Positions 1-12,199 of a stretch of 34,084 bases of DNA are shown piece by piece. Numbering within the stretch: the stretch's first letter is position 1; every line of letters starts with the position of its first letter. Below the pieces are notes generated by a model. It was not told where the DNA came from, did not search any database, and saw only the letters and a list, made by a program, of their open reading frames with translations. This DNA is from Bugula neritina. Lineage: Eukaryota > Animalia > Bryozoa. A program made the position numbers and the translations under genes. The DNA lies in the NCBI GenBank assembly GCA_964035545.1, contig CAXIUT010000237.1, positions 1 to 34,084 of the forward strand, given 5' to 3'.

Positions 1-80
1 CAACCCCAACCCCAACCCCAACCCCAACCCCAACCCCAACCCCAACCCCAACCCCAACCCCAACCCCAACCCCAACCCCA
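1..80 (-). repeat. Left telomere, (CCCCAA)n
   Basis: Perfect C4A2 repeats from base 1, followed by about 200 nt of AT-rich spacer; this is the oligohymenophorean (Tetrahymena-type) telomere repeat. Confidence 0.98.
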
Positions 81-280
81 TAGAAATAATAAATTAACAA
101 TATAGTATAATATTAAATAACAATTGATTAAAATTTATTTATTAACTTTTCTTTTATAATATTGATCTTATTTTACCAAGAAGGATTATTATCTCTTATT
201 TTAATAATCTTTTTGCATTAATAAATGATGAATCTTAATTGATATTATTTGTGGTTTATAAAAGAAATATATCCTATAAA

Positions 281-2730
281 ATGAAAATAGTAATCCAGCT
301 CATCTAAAACTATCTCAAACAAGAAATTCCTTCTATTCTTATAACTACCTAAAACAACAGATACCTCTTCAACGTGCCCTCTAGTTTCCAAAGATTCACT
401 AAATAACATAGAACTAAATTTCCTACTAACGCTCGTTTCTTCTTCACTAAAACTTCAACATCCACTATCGCAGGACTAACCGGTCTACTCCTAACTCTCT
501 TCCATTTTGGCAGCAGTAATGGATCAAAATTATACCTCGACTAGAAGCTATTCACATACATGTAACAGCTAAGATACAAGATGGGATACAAAGCTAGTCC
601 CATATCATATTGTAGTTGGCAAGGTAAACTAAGAAAAGGGATTTTGAATTATTCAAAAATAAATTAAATCATATAAAAAGATAATTTTAGATAAATATTC
701 GATAACCTTCATGAATATATTGACAACAAATTACCAAAATAATAACAAAATAATGCTTTTGATTATTTTAATCCTAAAATGCCTGCATATAAAGATTAGG
801 AACTATAAATTATACCTTTCTTCATTTAGTAATCAGGGTAACTTATCACCAATTATATTATTATTCCTGGAATATTGCCAGGTAAAATTATAAACTAGAA
901 ACTAAAATAGTTAGGCATAAAAGGTAAAAATATAGCTCTTCTTACTAAAGATGGATAAATAAATATCAATGGTAAAATAATAAAATAGTAATAAGTTAGA
1001 TAACAACCTTCGCCTAGTCCCAATGTCATCTACTACATTATAAGGAAAAATAAACCATCAGCTCTATAGTAAATAACCATAAATTTTTATAATTTACATC
1101 AAATAAAACAAACTTAATATACTCTATTATCCATATAGTATAAAATCCTTAAACGATATTGACTCCGTAGTTCAAATCTCTACTTTCTTTATTTCCCAAT
1201 GCAGAACATCTGATATATAACAGTCGTTTCCGCAATTCCAATGATAGTATCTAAGATCTAAGCAGGTTGAGTTCACAAGTCAAACTAGTATCAGATCTTA
1301 ATAAACATTTTCCATTCTGTATGCCCAATTTGGCAGAAAAACAAGAACAATATGTGAAAGAATATATACTGACTAGAGAAGCTATTGATAAGATGTTTCC
1401 TTAATTTAAGATAAGAGCATATCGAAGATGTTAATAGTTGGTAGTTGCGCCTAAGAAGAGTTGGGGATTCAGGATGGTTGGAGGGGCATAGAAGAAAAGT
1501 AAATAACTGGACATGGATCTCTAAATACCAACAGTAAAAGGATAAATACAAGAGTAATAAATAAAGAGTAAGTTGTTATAAATAAATCCTAAAATAATTT
1601 TTCTAGGTACTGGGTCAATGAAGCCATCGAAATATCGCAATGTTTCGAGTATACTTGTATAGTGGACTAAAAGCAGTAACATAATGATGGATTGTGGGTA
1701 AGGTTCTTATATTCAGCTGATTGATCATTACGGATACTAAGAGTATTAGAAAATATTAATAAATTTAAGAATATTATTTATTAGTCACATCCATTCTGAT
1801 CATAATCTTGGACTTCTAGATCTGATTAGCCAAAGAACAAAGCTACTAAAACAAAAACATATCAATGTACAGTAAAACAAATTGTTTCTTATTTTGCCAG
1901 CTAATGTCGTTCCTTGGTATCACTCTTTTTGTAAAAATGTATAGGATCTAAATTAAGGTTGTTTGATAGTATTTATCCAGGCATTAAGAAAATAGAATTA
2001 TTCATTTTAAGGGACTATGTCAAAATAAAATACTCTCAAAAAGGTTTGTTCATCTAAAAGCGATATGGTCTAATAGTCATAATAAGGATAATAATAATAA
2101 TAAGATTAAGACCAACTCAACTTCATTGTATTTTATTTGATAATAATAGAAACCAGAATGGAACCAAATTCTTAAGCAATACTTCGAATAACAACAACAC
2201 TACCTTTAATACTTTGAACAATATTTAAAATCTATTGGAATCACATAGTTCTATCCATGCCCTGTTATCCATTGTCCGCAATCTTATGGCATTTGCATCA
2301 AACATAAATCAGGAATAAAAGTTAGTTACAGTGGTGATACTAGACCATGCTCATAATTTGCAACTGCAGCTTAAAATTCAACCATTCTTATCCACTAAGC
2401 CACCTTCGGAGACGATCTTGCTTTTAATGCCTTCAGTCACTATCACTCAACTGTGGGATAAGCCATGGATATGTATAATGTTTGATATTTAGAGCGATGA
2501 AAGCAAAAAGTTGGAAATTGGCTTTAACGCATTTCAGTCAACGCTACAAAAGTGCACAAGATATAGTAGATCCTAAAAACTACAACAGCAATAAAGTCAA
2601 GAAATAGTTTGCATAAAAACATACTATCGTATGCTTCGACCATTTGTAAATATAGACCAGCAAAGCGCATTTAATGCCAGCTTATTCTAGAGCTATTGCC
2701 TCAGCCATTCCTAAATAAAATAAATAATGA
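281..2730 (+). CDS. ELAC2: tRNase Z / RNase Z long form (ELAC2/Trz1 family)
   Basis: With TAR=Glu: RYLFNV, flexible-arm segment PGKIINEKLKELGIKG, FLGTGSMKPSKYRNVS, MDCGEG, SHIHSDH (motif II), YSGDTRPC, IHEATF, HST and THFSQRY. Introns at 2128-2149 (22 nt), 2473-2492 (20 nt) and probably 1025-1044 (20 nt). TGA at 2728. Confidence 0.93.
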
Positions 2731-2753
2731 TATTATGTGAATATTTGACTATA

Positions 2754-4164
2754 TCATAAATTAATCAACTACTATGCTTAAATATTACGCCTTAGTACCA
2801 TGATCTTGCCTCTGTTTCCTAGTTAAGATCGACTAAAATAAATACTTTTAGGATGAGTAAAACGAATAAACTAACCATCGATCTGCAAATAGGTGCGATG
2901 TTTCTCTTCATCAGGATATTTATTAAAAGTTAAATAGAATGGACCTTATCCTTGTGTAATTCTGGAGGCAAAACCTCCAATCATTCGCTATAGAGCCATT
3001 CCAACACTAGACCCAAAACAGACTACCTACACCTTACCATCTTTTGACGATGTTGAAGAAGATTAACTCTTATTTTTGAGTTAGTTATCTTTGGCATTAT
3101 TCCATATCTTATTTACTCCTCCCATAAAACTATCAATATTCAAAAATATCATATTATAGTAGTCATTTTTAAGATTGAATTATGAATCCTATTTCTTTTA
3201 GTTTATTTTTTTAATAGATCTAAATAGTAATTTTGATTAACTGATTGGTTTTGTGTCTTATACTACTTTATTCAATTTTATCATTGATGATTACTATCTC
3301 ATCTTTAGACTACCATTCGGTTTATTCAACACCTTTTATGGATATATTGCTTAGTTACCAATTTATGGGACCACTTACATAGTATCAACTAGTTCTTGGA
3401 CAGTTTTAGTCTTAGTTGCAGCCTTAACTAATCCCATAGTACCATAGACCATCAAATTACCTATCCGACTGCCAGTTCTTCTTTTATCAAAAGAATATCC
3501 AATTTTACCATCAATTCCAAAACTAAAATAATTACATAAACTATAAGACACACTCATCTTCTTTTTACCCTCTGCATCTAACAACACCTGATTCTATCCA
3601 TTTTTGTCCACTTTCTAAAATTTACCATTCTCTATATCTAGCCAATGTACCTCATAAATTTAAGCCTTGATATCCCAAATATCGAATTCTTACTGTTCAG
3701 CCAAAAGCCACTTCTTTATCATCTTCTTTAGAGATCTAAAACTGTTTTCTATTAGTTGAGTCTTCTACTTACCCCAGCCCAAATACTGTGAAAAATCATT
3801 TCCTGTCCCCACAGGTATCACACCTAGTGGAATCTTCAATGGATTTATCTTGTATTTGTTCAATTATGATACTACCCACATGATAGTGCCATCACCTCCA
3901 CACACTATTCCGATTATTTTGTGTTATTATTGGGTTAGTTTACGAGCCATGTTGAAGGCTTTTTCTCTTTTGGTGAAAAGATCAAAAAAATATACCTCTA
4001 TTAGTTGGAAATTGTTATTGTTATCAATGGCTATGTTGAATTATACTTTTTAAATCTAGGTTTTAGATGGATAATACTTACTGGGAGAGTAGTTTTGCAC
4101 CTAATCCACCTCCTGAAGAGCTGTTGATGAAGAGAATGACTGTGCAGTAAGGTCTGTTTTACAT
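2754..4164 (-). CDS. Diacylglycerol kinase (catalytic plus accessory domain)
   Basis: FINSSSGGG, VCGGDGT, PVGTGNDFS, NYFSFGIDG and YLQIDGEF motifs; 22-nt intron at 4056-4077. Confidence 0.9.
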
Positions 4165-4378
4165 TTTAAATCTATGTTAATATTAAATGCTAAAAAGTTT
4201 GATAATAGATAATAAAAATAATATCTTTTTTAAATTAGATTTGTCAAAAAGTTTATCTTCAACTATATCATTCTTTGTATCTCAACATAATTATTATTTG
4301 TCTCAAATTTAAATAATTACTTCTACTATCTTAATATTTGATGAAATGCTAAAATAAAGAATCAATCAAATATCTGTC

Positions 4379-6014
4379 TCAGTTTTTAGGCAAAGTCTTC
4401 AATATACTCTCATTGAACATAATCTGATCGATCAGATGCCAATATCCAATCAAATGAGGTTCAAGTATCTCCAACATACCAGCCTTATTAGCACCATTGT
4501 TAACAGCATTATACGCCCTTAAGTATTTATTGGCACCAAGAGCTGCTTAACAGCGATGTTTAAGTACTTTTATCTTATGTAATAATTTGTAATAACTTTT
4601 ATTATAACTTTAAGGTACTTCTTACTCCTATTCATTATTATAAATGGATTGATTTTATTAATCGGATTCCTACTTGATAATCTACTATGATATTGGTTCC
4701 ATAATAAAAGCACCTTAATCTTCCATAGGATAATCTTAATATATTTTAAATCTTCCTTTCTAATTTTTTTTATCAACTTTTTCTGTAAAAATAGTTCTTT
4801 TGTGATCAACAAATGCTTACTTTTAATCATAGTCAAAAGGTATATTAAGAGCCTTATATGATGAAGTAGTTTATTCACCTTTCTTCATTGTCTCCTTTTC
4901 AAAAGTACTCTTTCTTTTGCCATGATATTGAGATAGTATCTAACTATCATCTTCTTATGATCGTTTTGTCATGAATGATTTATTTGTTGATCCTTGTTTC
5001 TTTTACAAATCCTTCAAACTAGGATATTTCTTAATTCCTTCCTCCTAGTTATTAATAATCCCTAGAGCAACAGCCTGTTCCCTTAAAGTATCCAAATAGA
5101 TGTCATCCATATCAGTTTGTATAGCATTTCTCGATAAAAGATCAGTAGAATATTTTTACATTCTTGTTCTGATAAATGGTTTGTTTAAAACATCAATAAT
5201 GGAAGGTCTATCTTGTGGTTTTTTAGCTAGCATAGAGGCAATAAGATCTCTGAGTTGTTTAGAATAAGTAGGCATGATTGAAGGATAACTTCCTTTTAAT
5301 ATTTTCATGGCTAGGGCATTATAATGTTGTGCCTAGAAAGGAAGACGTAGATTACATATTTCATAGAGGATGACTCCTAATGACCAGATATCACTAAAAT
5401 ATAGATATCATAGTACCTTTTATATGAGTATGGGTTATATCTGAATACTTATGGAGCCATATAATATGGAGTTCCAATGCAAGTTCTGGCCAAATCTTGT
5501 GAAGTATCAAGCACTTTAGCTATTCCGAAATCACCTAACTTGATTCTATCTTATTTGATTCTATCGTCTTTTTTCAAAAACAAATTTTGAGTTTTAAGAT
5601 CTCTATGAAGGATCTTTTGATTATGGAGATAGTAGATAGCTAGTGATATTTGTGTGACCCAGTCTAGGATTTGAGACTAGGTAAAGTTTTTAGATTTTTA
5701 CTTCATTTGCTTTATTTTAGTATGCATGTCTCCTTGCTAGCAATAGATCATCACAATACATAAATTGCCTTTTTAATCGGTAAAAGAGTCTTTGTATGAT
5801 ACTATATTAATATGTCTTAATTTTTGCAATATTTTTAGTTAGTTTTAGATATTTTAACGCTACTTTTATTCTATTTCGATAGTTTTTATCTTCTTCAATG
5901 CATAGTTATAATTTTTATCTGTTTTATGTCGACACAAAAAAACATCACCTGATGAACTTAGTATATGATTAAGTACCCAGTCCCTATCAACTTGCCGATC
6001 TAGTAAAGTTACAT
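4379..6014 (-). CDS. NIMA-related (NEK-family) Ser/Thr kinase
   Basis: [48 protein letters not shown] and YSYKSDIWSLG motifs; introns at 5957-5976 (20 nt) and 5394-5416 (23 nt). Confidence 0.92.
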
Positions 6015-6178
6015 ATTGCTAGTTTAAATATTTAACTATTATTAACTAATAGAAACAATATCATCAACCAGTTATAACCTTTATTTATGAACAACCTTAT
6101 AAGACAAATAATTAGAATAAAAGGAATAACTCTTCAATAATAAATGAGTTAGTGTAATATTTAAGGAATGGATCACTA

Positions 6179-6802
6179 TCAAAAGGTGGTGCAAAGACCG
6201 AGGCATTGATTGGAACATTGTGGACTAAACTTCGAAGGATCAATAGGTCCAGTATTATAGCTATCAAGGTCGAAATCCCATGATTTAGGATTGCCATTCT
6301 TAATCTAAAAAAACTTAACAGGCAGTTGCTTATCGACAGTTGAATAGTAGTGATTCAAATATGCTCCCATCTTAGTCCAATGCGTAACTGATTTGCCATC
6401 TATTGTTTCAATGCCTATATAGGTACTGTTTTATTTGAGCCAATCATAGGCAATAGCTCCAAATGATTTGGTGCATTTGCAACAAAAATTTTTAGAAGGA
6501 AATGAAATATAAGACCACCCGTCAGTAGCAAAAGTAACATGGCAAGGCAGTCCACCCTTCTGGAAAGGAGTCAAAGGCAACAGACACATCTAATCTTCTT
6601 AGGGTGCTTCATGTTAATATCTTTAAACTTTTTTACTCCAGTCATAGTAATAAGTAAAGTTCCAATGAGTAATAGGTTTATTGTAGAGCATTTTAACTTT
6701 AACAGAATAACGTGGATTGCCTCCCCAGCTAGGTGCATTCGAACATGATACTGCCAATATCAGCAGAGATGCCAGAAGATACATATAGATTTTATTTAGC
6801 AT
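6179..6802 (-). CDS. Secreted Cys-rich protein, paralog A (possibly ependymin-related/LolA-like fold)
   Basis: Intronless 207-aa ORF under code 30, with a hydrophobic signal peptide and YYDW, FCCKC, YDWL and HWTK motifs; close paralog at 6858-7520. The family assignment is tentative. Confidence 0.8.
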
Positions 6803-6857
6803 CAATTATCTTTTAATTATAGTTCTAGTAATGTTGATATTAATTGAGTTTATATGA

Positions 6858-7520
6858 TCAATTTTGTTCTTATTTTAGATTTAGTTAGTCTTTTTGAATT
6901 AACTTCGAACATGTTCCGCCACAAAGAGTAGAGCACTGAGGAGCAAATTTGGATGGATCGATCGGACCAGTGTTATAGGTGTTAAGGTCGAAATCCCATT
7001 GTTTAGGAATATTGTTTTTAAGTTAGAAGTATCTAACTGGCAATTGTTTGTCTACAGTAGAATAGTAGTGGTTAAGAGAGTTTCCGCTTTTAGTCCAATG
7101 AGTAACAGATCTGCCGTCAATAGTATCAATTCCAATATATTTGCTATCAGCTTGAAGCCAGTCATATCTGACAGATCCGAATGATTTAGAACATTTGCAG
7201 CAAAAGTCTTTAGTTGGAAACGTAATATACGACCATCCGTCAGTAGCAAATATTACATTACAGGGAATGCCACCCTTTTCGAATGAAGTTGTGGGCAGCA
7301 TGCACATCTAGTCGTATTGGGGAGACTCGTGTTCGTATCTTTATACTTTTTGAGTCCAATCATAGAAGTATGTAAAGTTCCAATTCGTAATAGGTGAATC
7401 GTAAAGCATTTTGACTTTTACTGTGTAGCGAGGATTTCCTCCCCAGCTTGGAGGAGTCTGGCACTAAATGCTCAGCAATAGTCCCAAAAGAATAGACAAT
7501 AAGAAAAGGATTCTAGTCAT
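6858..7520 (-). CDS. Secreted Cys-rich protein, paralog B
   Basis: Intronless 220-aa ORF; shares PSWGGNPRY, FATDGWSYI, FCCKC, NHYYSTVDKQLPV and WDFDL with paralog A. Confidence 0.8.
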
Positions 7521-7576
7521 CGTAGATAATTAATCTATCAAACATAAATAACAAAATGATAATAAAGTCATAATTA

Positions 7577-8437
7577 TCAATTAGTCTGCAACTGATTATT
7601 CTCTTTAGGTTTATTTTGTTACTGTTGATGCATTTTGATAAATTTTTATGCCAAATGAGTGAGTCTTAATTAGTTTAAATTTATTTTTTAACCACTTTTT
7701 TAGATATTTTTGGCCATAAATCTAAAAACATTGTTCTATCTTCCTTACCAACGTCCACTGAACTAAATTACATCTCCTAGCTATCGTTTGTTTCCATCCG
7801 ATTTGGTTTGATTGGTTTGATAGACCAAAATATCTTAAGTTTGATGATTTTTAAATTGACTAGGATTCATTTTGATAGCTAAGATAGTGATTCCCTTTTA
7901 TTTATGATGCTATTCTCTTAGAAATATACCACTGATATTCCAATCCCCCAAATTAGAATACATGTTGTAAAGACTATTAGCTTTATACTAATTTTATACG
8001 AATATTTAAAATCCACAATCATTAGCCATCTCACTCCATTTCTTATTCACATGAATTCCAGCAGTACTATTGATATTAAGTATAAAAGAACCAACCAAAC
8101 CGATCACTATGATCCCTGCTATAATTCTAAATTTAAATTTAGTCAACATTATCATACAATTACCCAACCTCAAAACCAAATTATCATCACTTCCCTACAC
8201 CTTAAAATCAAGTTAGATTTATCTTCTACATTGAGGACAATACCAGTAGTTTTTAGCGAAACAGTAACTTATCAAAAATATAGCTATTGCCAACTTTATT
8301 GAATAAAAAAGAATCAAGACCTACAGTAAAATAAAAGGATAGTGTTGAACTGATTAAGGAGCTGGCTCTATAGAACAAATCTAACAAACTGGTAACTCCT
8401 ATGAAGGCAACTCTTTTGATTCGAAATTACTTGACAT
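7577..8437 (-). CDS. Membrane protein with LITAF-like zinc ribbon (CxxC, hydrophobic segment, CxxC)
   Basis: 286-aa TGA-free ORF: PVCEIC, hydrophobic FILLEVLILFYSIKLAIAIFLISYC, YWYCPQC, then a second TM segment (IIAGIIVIGLVGSFIL) and a globular C-terminus. Confidence 0.65.
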
Positions 8438-8464
8438 TTGTTTATTATGATTATTATTATTATC

Positions 8465-8642
8465 ATGATTATGGATTAAAAGAATGTTTTTTATTACTAT
8501 GGATCAAAAGGATGTGAGTATTTAGTATGGATTAAAAGAATATTATTATTGCTATGGATTTATAGTGATTATTATGATTATGGATTAAAAGAATGTTTTT
8601 TATTACTATGGATCAAAAGGATGTGAGTATTTAGTATGGATT
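8465..8642. repeat. Intergenic direct duplication (2 x 69 bp) built from TATGGAT sub-repeats
   Basis: 8465-8533 and 8574-8642 are identical; lies between divergent genes. Confidence 0.85.
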
Positions 8643-8757
8643 TATAGGTTTATCTATTTAATCGTTTTATTTGATATAAAAGCTATTGAACTATTTACGA
8701 TTATTATTAGCTTTAATAACGCTGAAATAATAGAATGGAAATATAATATAAACGATA

Positions 8758-9963
8758 ATGCTGCAAGATTAATTAATAAAACAAAAATGGAACAAACAAC
8801 TTCAAGACTAAGGATAGTTGTACTCTCTAATGCTCAAACAGGGAAATATCACCCTAAAAGATAAGACCCTTAAATTTCAATATTTTACGAGAGGGGACCG
8901 TCCAACTAACGGTTATTCTCTTATTTTTGGTCTTCACGGAGGCGGAGGATGTCCTAAAGAAGTAAACGACCAACAATTTAAAAATCATACAAATTTATAT
9001 AACAACTACTTGCCTCAAGGAGTCATCTGGATGGTCTTGAGGTCATGCTAGTAGGCGTCAGACATGTGGTGGAAATAGTATCTGCCTGAATTTTTAAGTA
9101 TAATAGTTCGAGGATTCATTATCAAAGATACAATCAGCCCGAATAAAGTTTTTGTTACTGGATATTCTGCAGGCGGCGACGGAGTGTATCATTTAGTCCC
9201 GATGATGGCTGACTGGCTGGCAGGTGCAGCCATGATGGCAGGTCACCCCAACGGAGTTGAACTGTATAATTGCAGAAACACAGCTTTTTCGATTCAAGTT
9301 GGTGGTAAAGATGCAGCCTATAACAGAAATGGTCTTGCTAGATAGTATATCTAAAAAATGAAATAGCTGCATAACCACTACGGTCACTTTTCTACAGAGT
9401 ACTGTCATGTATTCGATGAGGAGGAACATTGGATGCATCTCAAAGACGCAAGCATATTGCCTTCGTTTTTGCATTAAGTTAGAAACCCCTATCCTAATTT
9501 TATTTTGTTCAAACAACATCCAAGAATATCAAAACAATATTTTTACTATCTCTAAGTAGACCCCTAAATCCATAAAGATTTGATTATTTTGAATAAAAAA
9601 GGAAATTAGTTTCATATTTAGAGCTAAAAAATACCAATAACTATCTATATCAACAGACTTATGGTAGACTACTCACAGTAAGTAAAAATATTTCATAATA
9701 ATACCTTAACAACTAGTCGCAAACCAGTAACAAATAATAAAATTATATAAAGATCGATTGATTAAAGAATGGATCCTTTTTATATATTTTAGGATAGTTT
9801 TTAATCAGTGCCAATCAATGACAGGTGTCCATTGACTTATTCAATATAAGAATTATAACAAAACTAAGCCAAATACTAGTTTTTGATACAAGATATCGTT
9901 CCATCTGTTCAGTAACAAACTAATAAAATGGAAAAACAAGGACAGTGTTGCTTAATCATGTGA
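8758..9963 (+). CDS. Alpha/beta hydrolase (bacterial-type GYSAGG esterase/peptidase family) with C-terminal CaaX
   Basis: Intronless 401-aa ORF with LHGGGG, VNDQQF, GYSAGGDGVY (nucleophile elbow), MMAGHPN, GGKDAAYNRN, HWM and RNPYP; ends QCCLIM-stop. Confidence 0.85.
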
Positions 9964-10435
9964 TTTATTCGTTTATTACTTATCCTTTTATATTATTTAT
10001 TTCCTTTTTTCATTATCATATCATATATTGTCATAGGTTATTAAACTACTACAATATCTCATTATTAAAAGGCTAATATCACTAATATTTCATTTTTTAT
10101 AGTTATGATTCTATCAATTATAAAAATTAGAAGAAGAAAACTTGAATACTTTAAAAATAAAACTCATTCTAATAAATAAATTTATCTTTTCAAAGGAAAA
10201 GGATGTTAAGTTTTATTGAATGAAAAGGATGTAAATTTTTATATTTTAATATTATTAAGAATAACTTGATTTGAAGGCATTGTTTTTATATTATTAATAT
10301 TTTTGAGCAGTAATATTGATAAGATGAGATAAGTGACGAGATAAGATGATAGGATGACATAGTATTAAATCTTTTGTTGATAGTTTAATTATTTTAGTTG
10401 ATGGTTTTAAATATTTTAGTTTATAGTTTTAAATA

Positions 10436-12133
10436 ATGGAGCCTTAACAGTCAATAGTGCATGAGATATAGTTGATAACTTACTCTCAAGCCAAACCCAA
10501 AGATGCTCTTGTTCCTGAAGTAGCTAAGCCAGCTAAAGAGGATAGGTTGAAATAGAAAAAGTAGCAGCAGAGAGTTAAAAGCAAGAAGAGAAAGATAGGT
10601 ATCGGATTGATAATATCTCTAAGTGCTGTTATGTTCGGTTACAGCATCAAATAAATAACTTCAATTTCAAAAGAAGACCTCGGTACTATCTTCGACATAA
10701 CAATGGACCTCTTCTATGCCCAATCCATTTTAATAGGCATCTTGCCTCTAACTGCTATCATTGGAGCTGTTATTACTAGAGTTCTTATTAAAAAATTTAG
10801 AAGACTATCAGGCATCTATATCTTCACTCTTGTCAATTGTGTTGCCATCGGTATTGTCCATATAGGTAACTTCCCAGCTTTGTTGGTCGGTCGTGCTCTC
10901 TAAGGTGTATGTATTGGCTTTTATTCAGCCATTGCTCCCATATATTTGAGAGAGATAGCTCCTAGGGAGTTGAGAAAGATGTTGGGTTTGTTTTTTAGTT
11001 TGGGGAAGGTCATTGGTGTCCTGATATCTGTTATTGTAGAATTAATACTATCGGCAGCTGGTGTGACTTATGCTTGGAGAGTCATTTTATCCCTAACAGC
11101 TGTTTTTTCGATATTACAGGCTGTTTTGATATACTTTTTCGGATCAGATACACCAACTGAAATGATTTAGAAGGGCAAAAATGATAAGGCCATAGACATA
11201 ATAAGAGATCTTTATCACGAAGAATTCGTGAGATAGGTTTTCGAGTAGTATACGCAATAATATGAGGCATAGACTCAGAATGCAGATGTGGTAAGCGATA
11301 ATACTGACGTTCGTAATAAGAAGAAGAGATTTAACCAAAAGGCTCAAGTGTAGAAGAGATTTAAGAAGAATAACGGAGAAGACAGTTCTAACAAGATGTA
11401 GTAATAGTCTAAGAACTAGCTTGAATCTAACTGGGAAAGTGAATTCAATGTATAGTAGACAGTGATTGACAGATAGTAGATCAGAGTGTCGTAAGTTAGT
11501 GAGGTGTCGAATGTTCAGAAGATATCTTTTCAAGAGAAGAAAGATAAAGCTTACTGCATGGGAGTTCATTTGGCTATAATTAGAAATTTGATCGGCGCTA
11601 ATGCTATAATAACTCAAGGAGGTATTTTTATAAAGAAGTAAGATCCAGGATTGGGTAAGTATACATCTTTGATTATAAACTTGTTTCAACTGGCAGCTGT
11701 TTTATTTGGCTTGATCTATGTGCAAAACTTTATGGGGAAAAAACAGTTGTTCTTGATATCGATTCCCATTCTAGCTATCATCAATATTGCTCTTGTGCCT
11801 GCTATGATTGACGGACATGTAGTTGCCATGATGTTCTTGATGTGTATCTTTATGGTCATCTATGGGGCTGGCTTCTTGAGTCCCATCTGGGCTTATCCTT
11901 CATAGATAATACCAGCCAGTCAGGCTCTACTGTCCAATATTTGTCATTGGATAACTGTGGCCTTTTCTATGTTGATTCCACCGCTTGTAGCTGGATTTAT
12001 GCCTGGATAAAATTCATATCCTGTTTTTATCTTTTTTGGAATTTATGGACTCATTGGGTTCATTCATGTTAAAATGACCTTGAGAGAGTCCAATGGATTG
12101 ACCTATAAACAAATCATCAAAACCTTCAAATGA
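10436..12133 (+). CDS. MFS sugar-porter family transporter
   Basis: Single TGA-free frame of 565 aa with multiple TM helices; MFGYS, VGRALEG, YLREIAPRELR, WR, YPSEIIP and RESNGLTY motifs; long acidic central loop. Confidence 0.88.
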
Positions 12134-12199
12134 TCTATATCATTATATCATCAATAGTCTTATATCATTAATGCCTCTATGGTTGCTATCATCACAATA

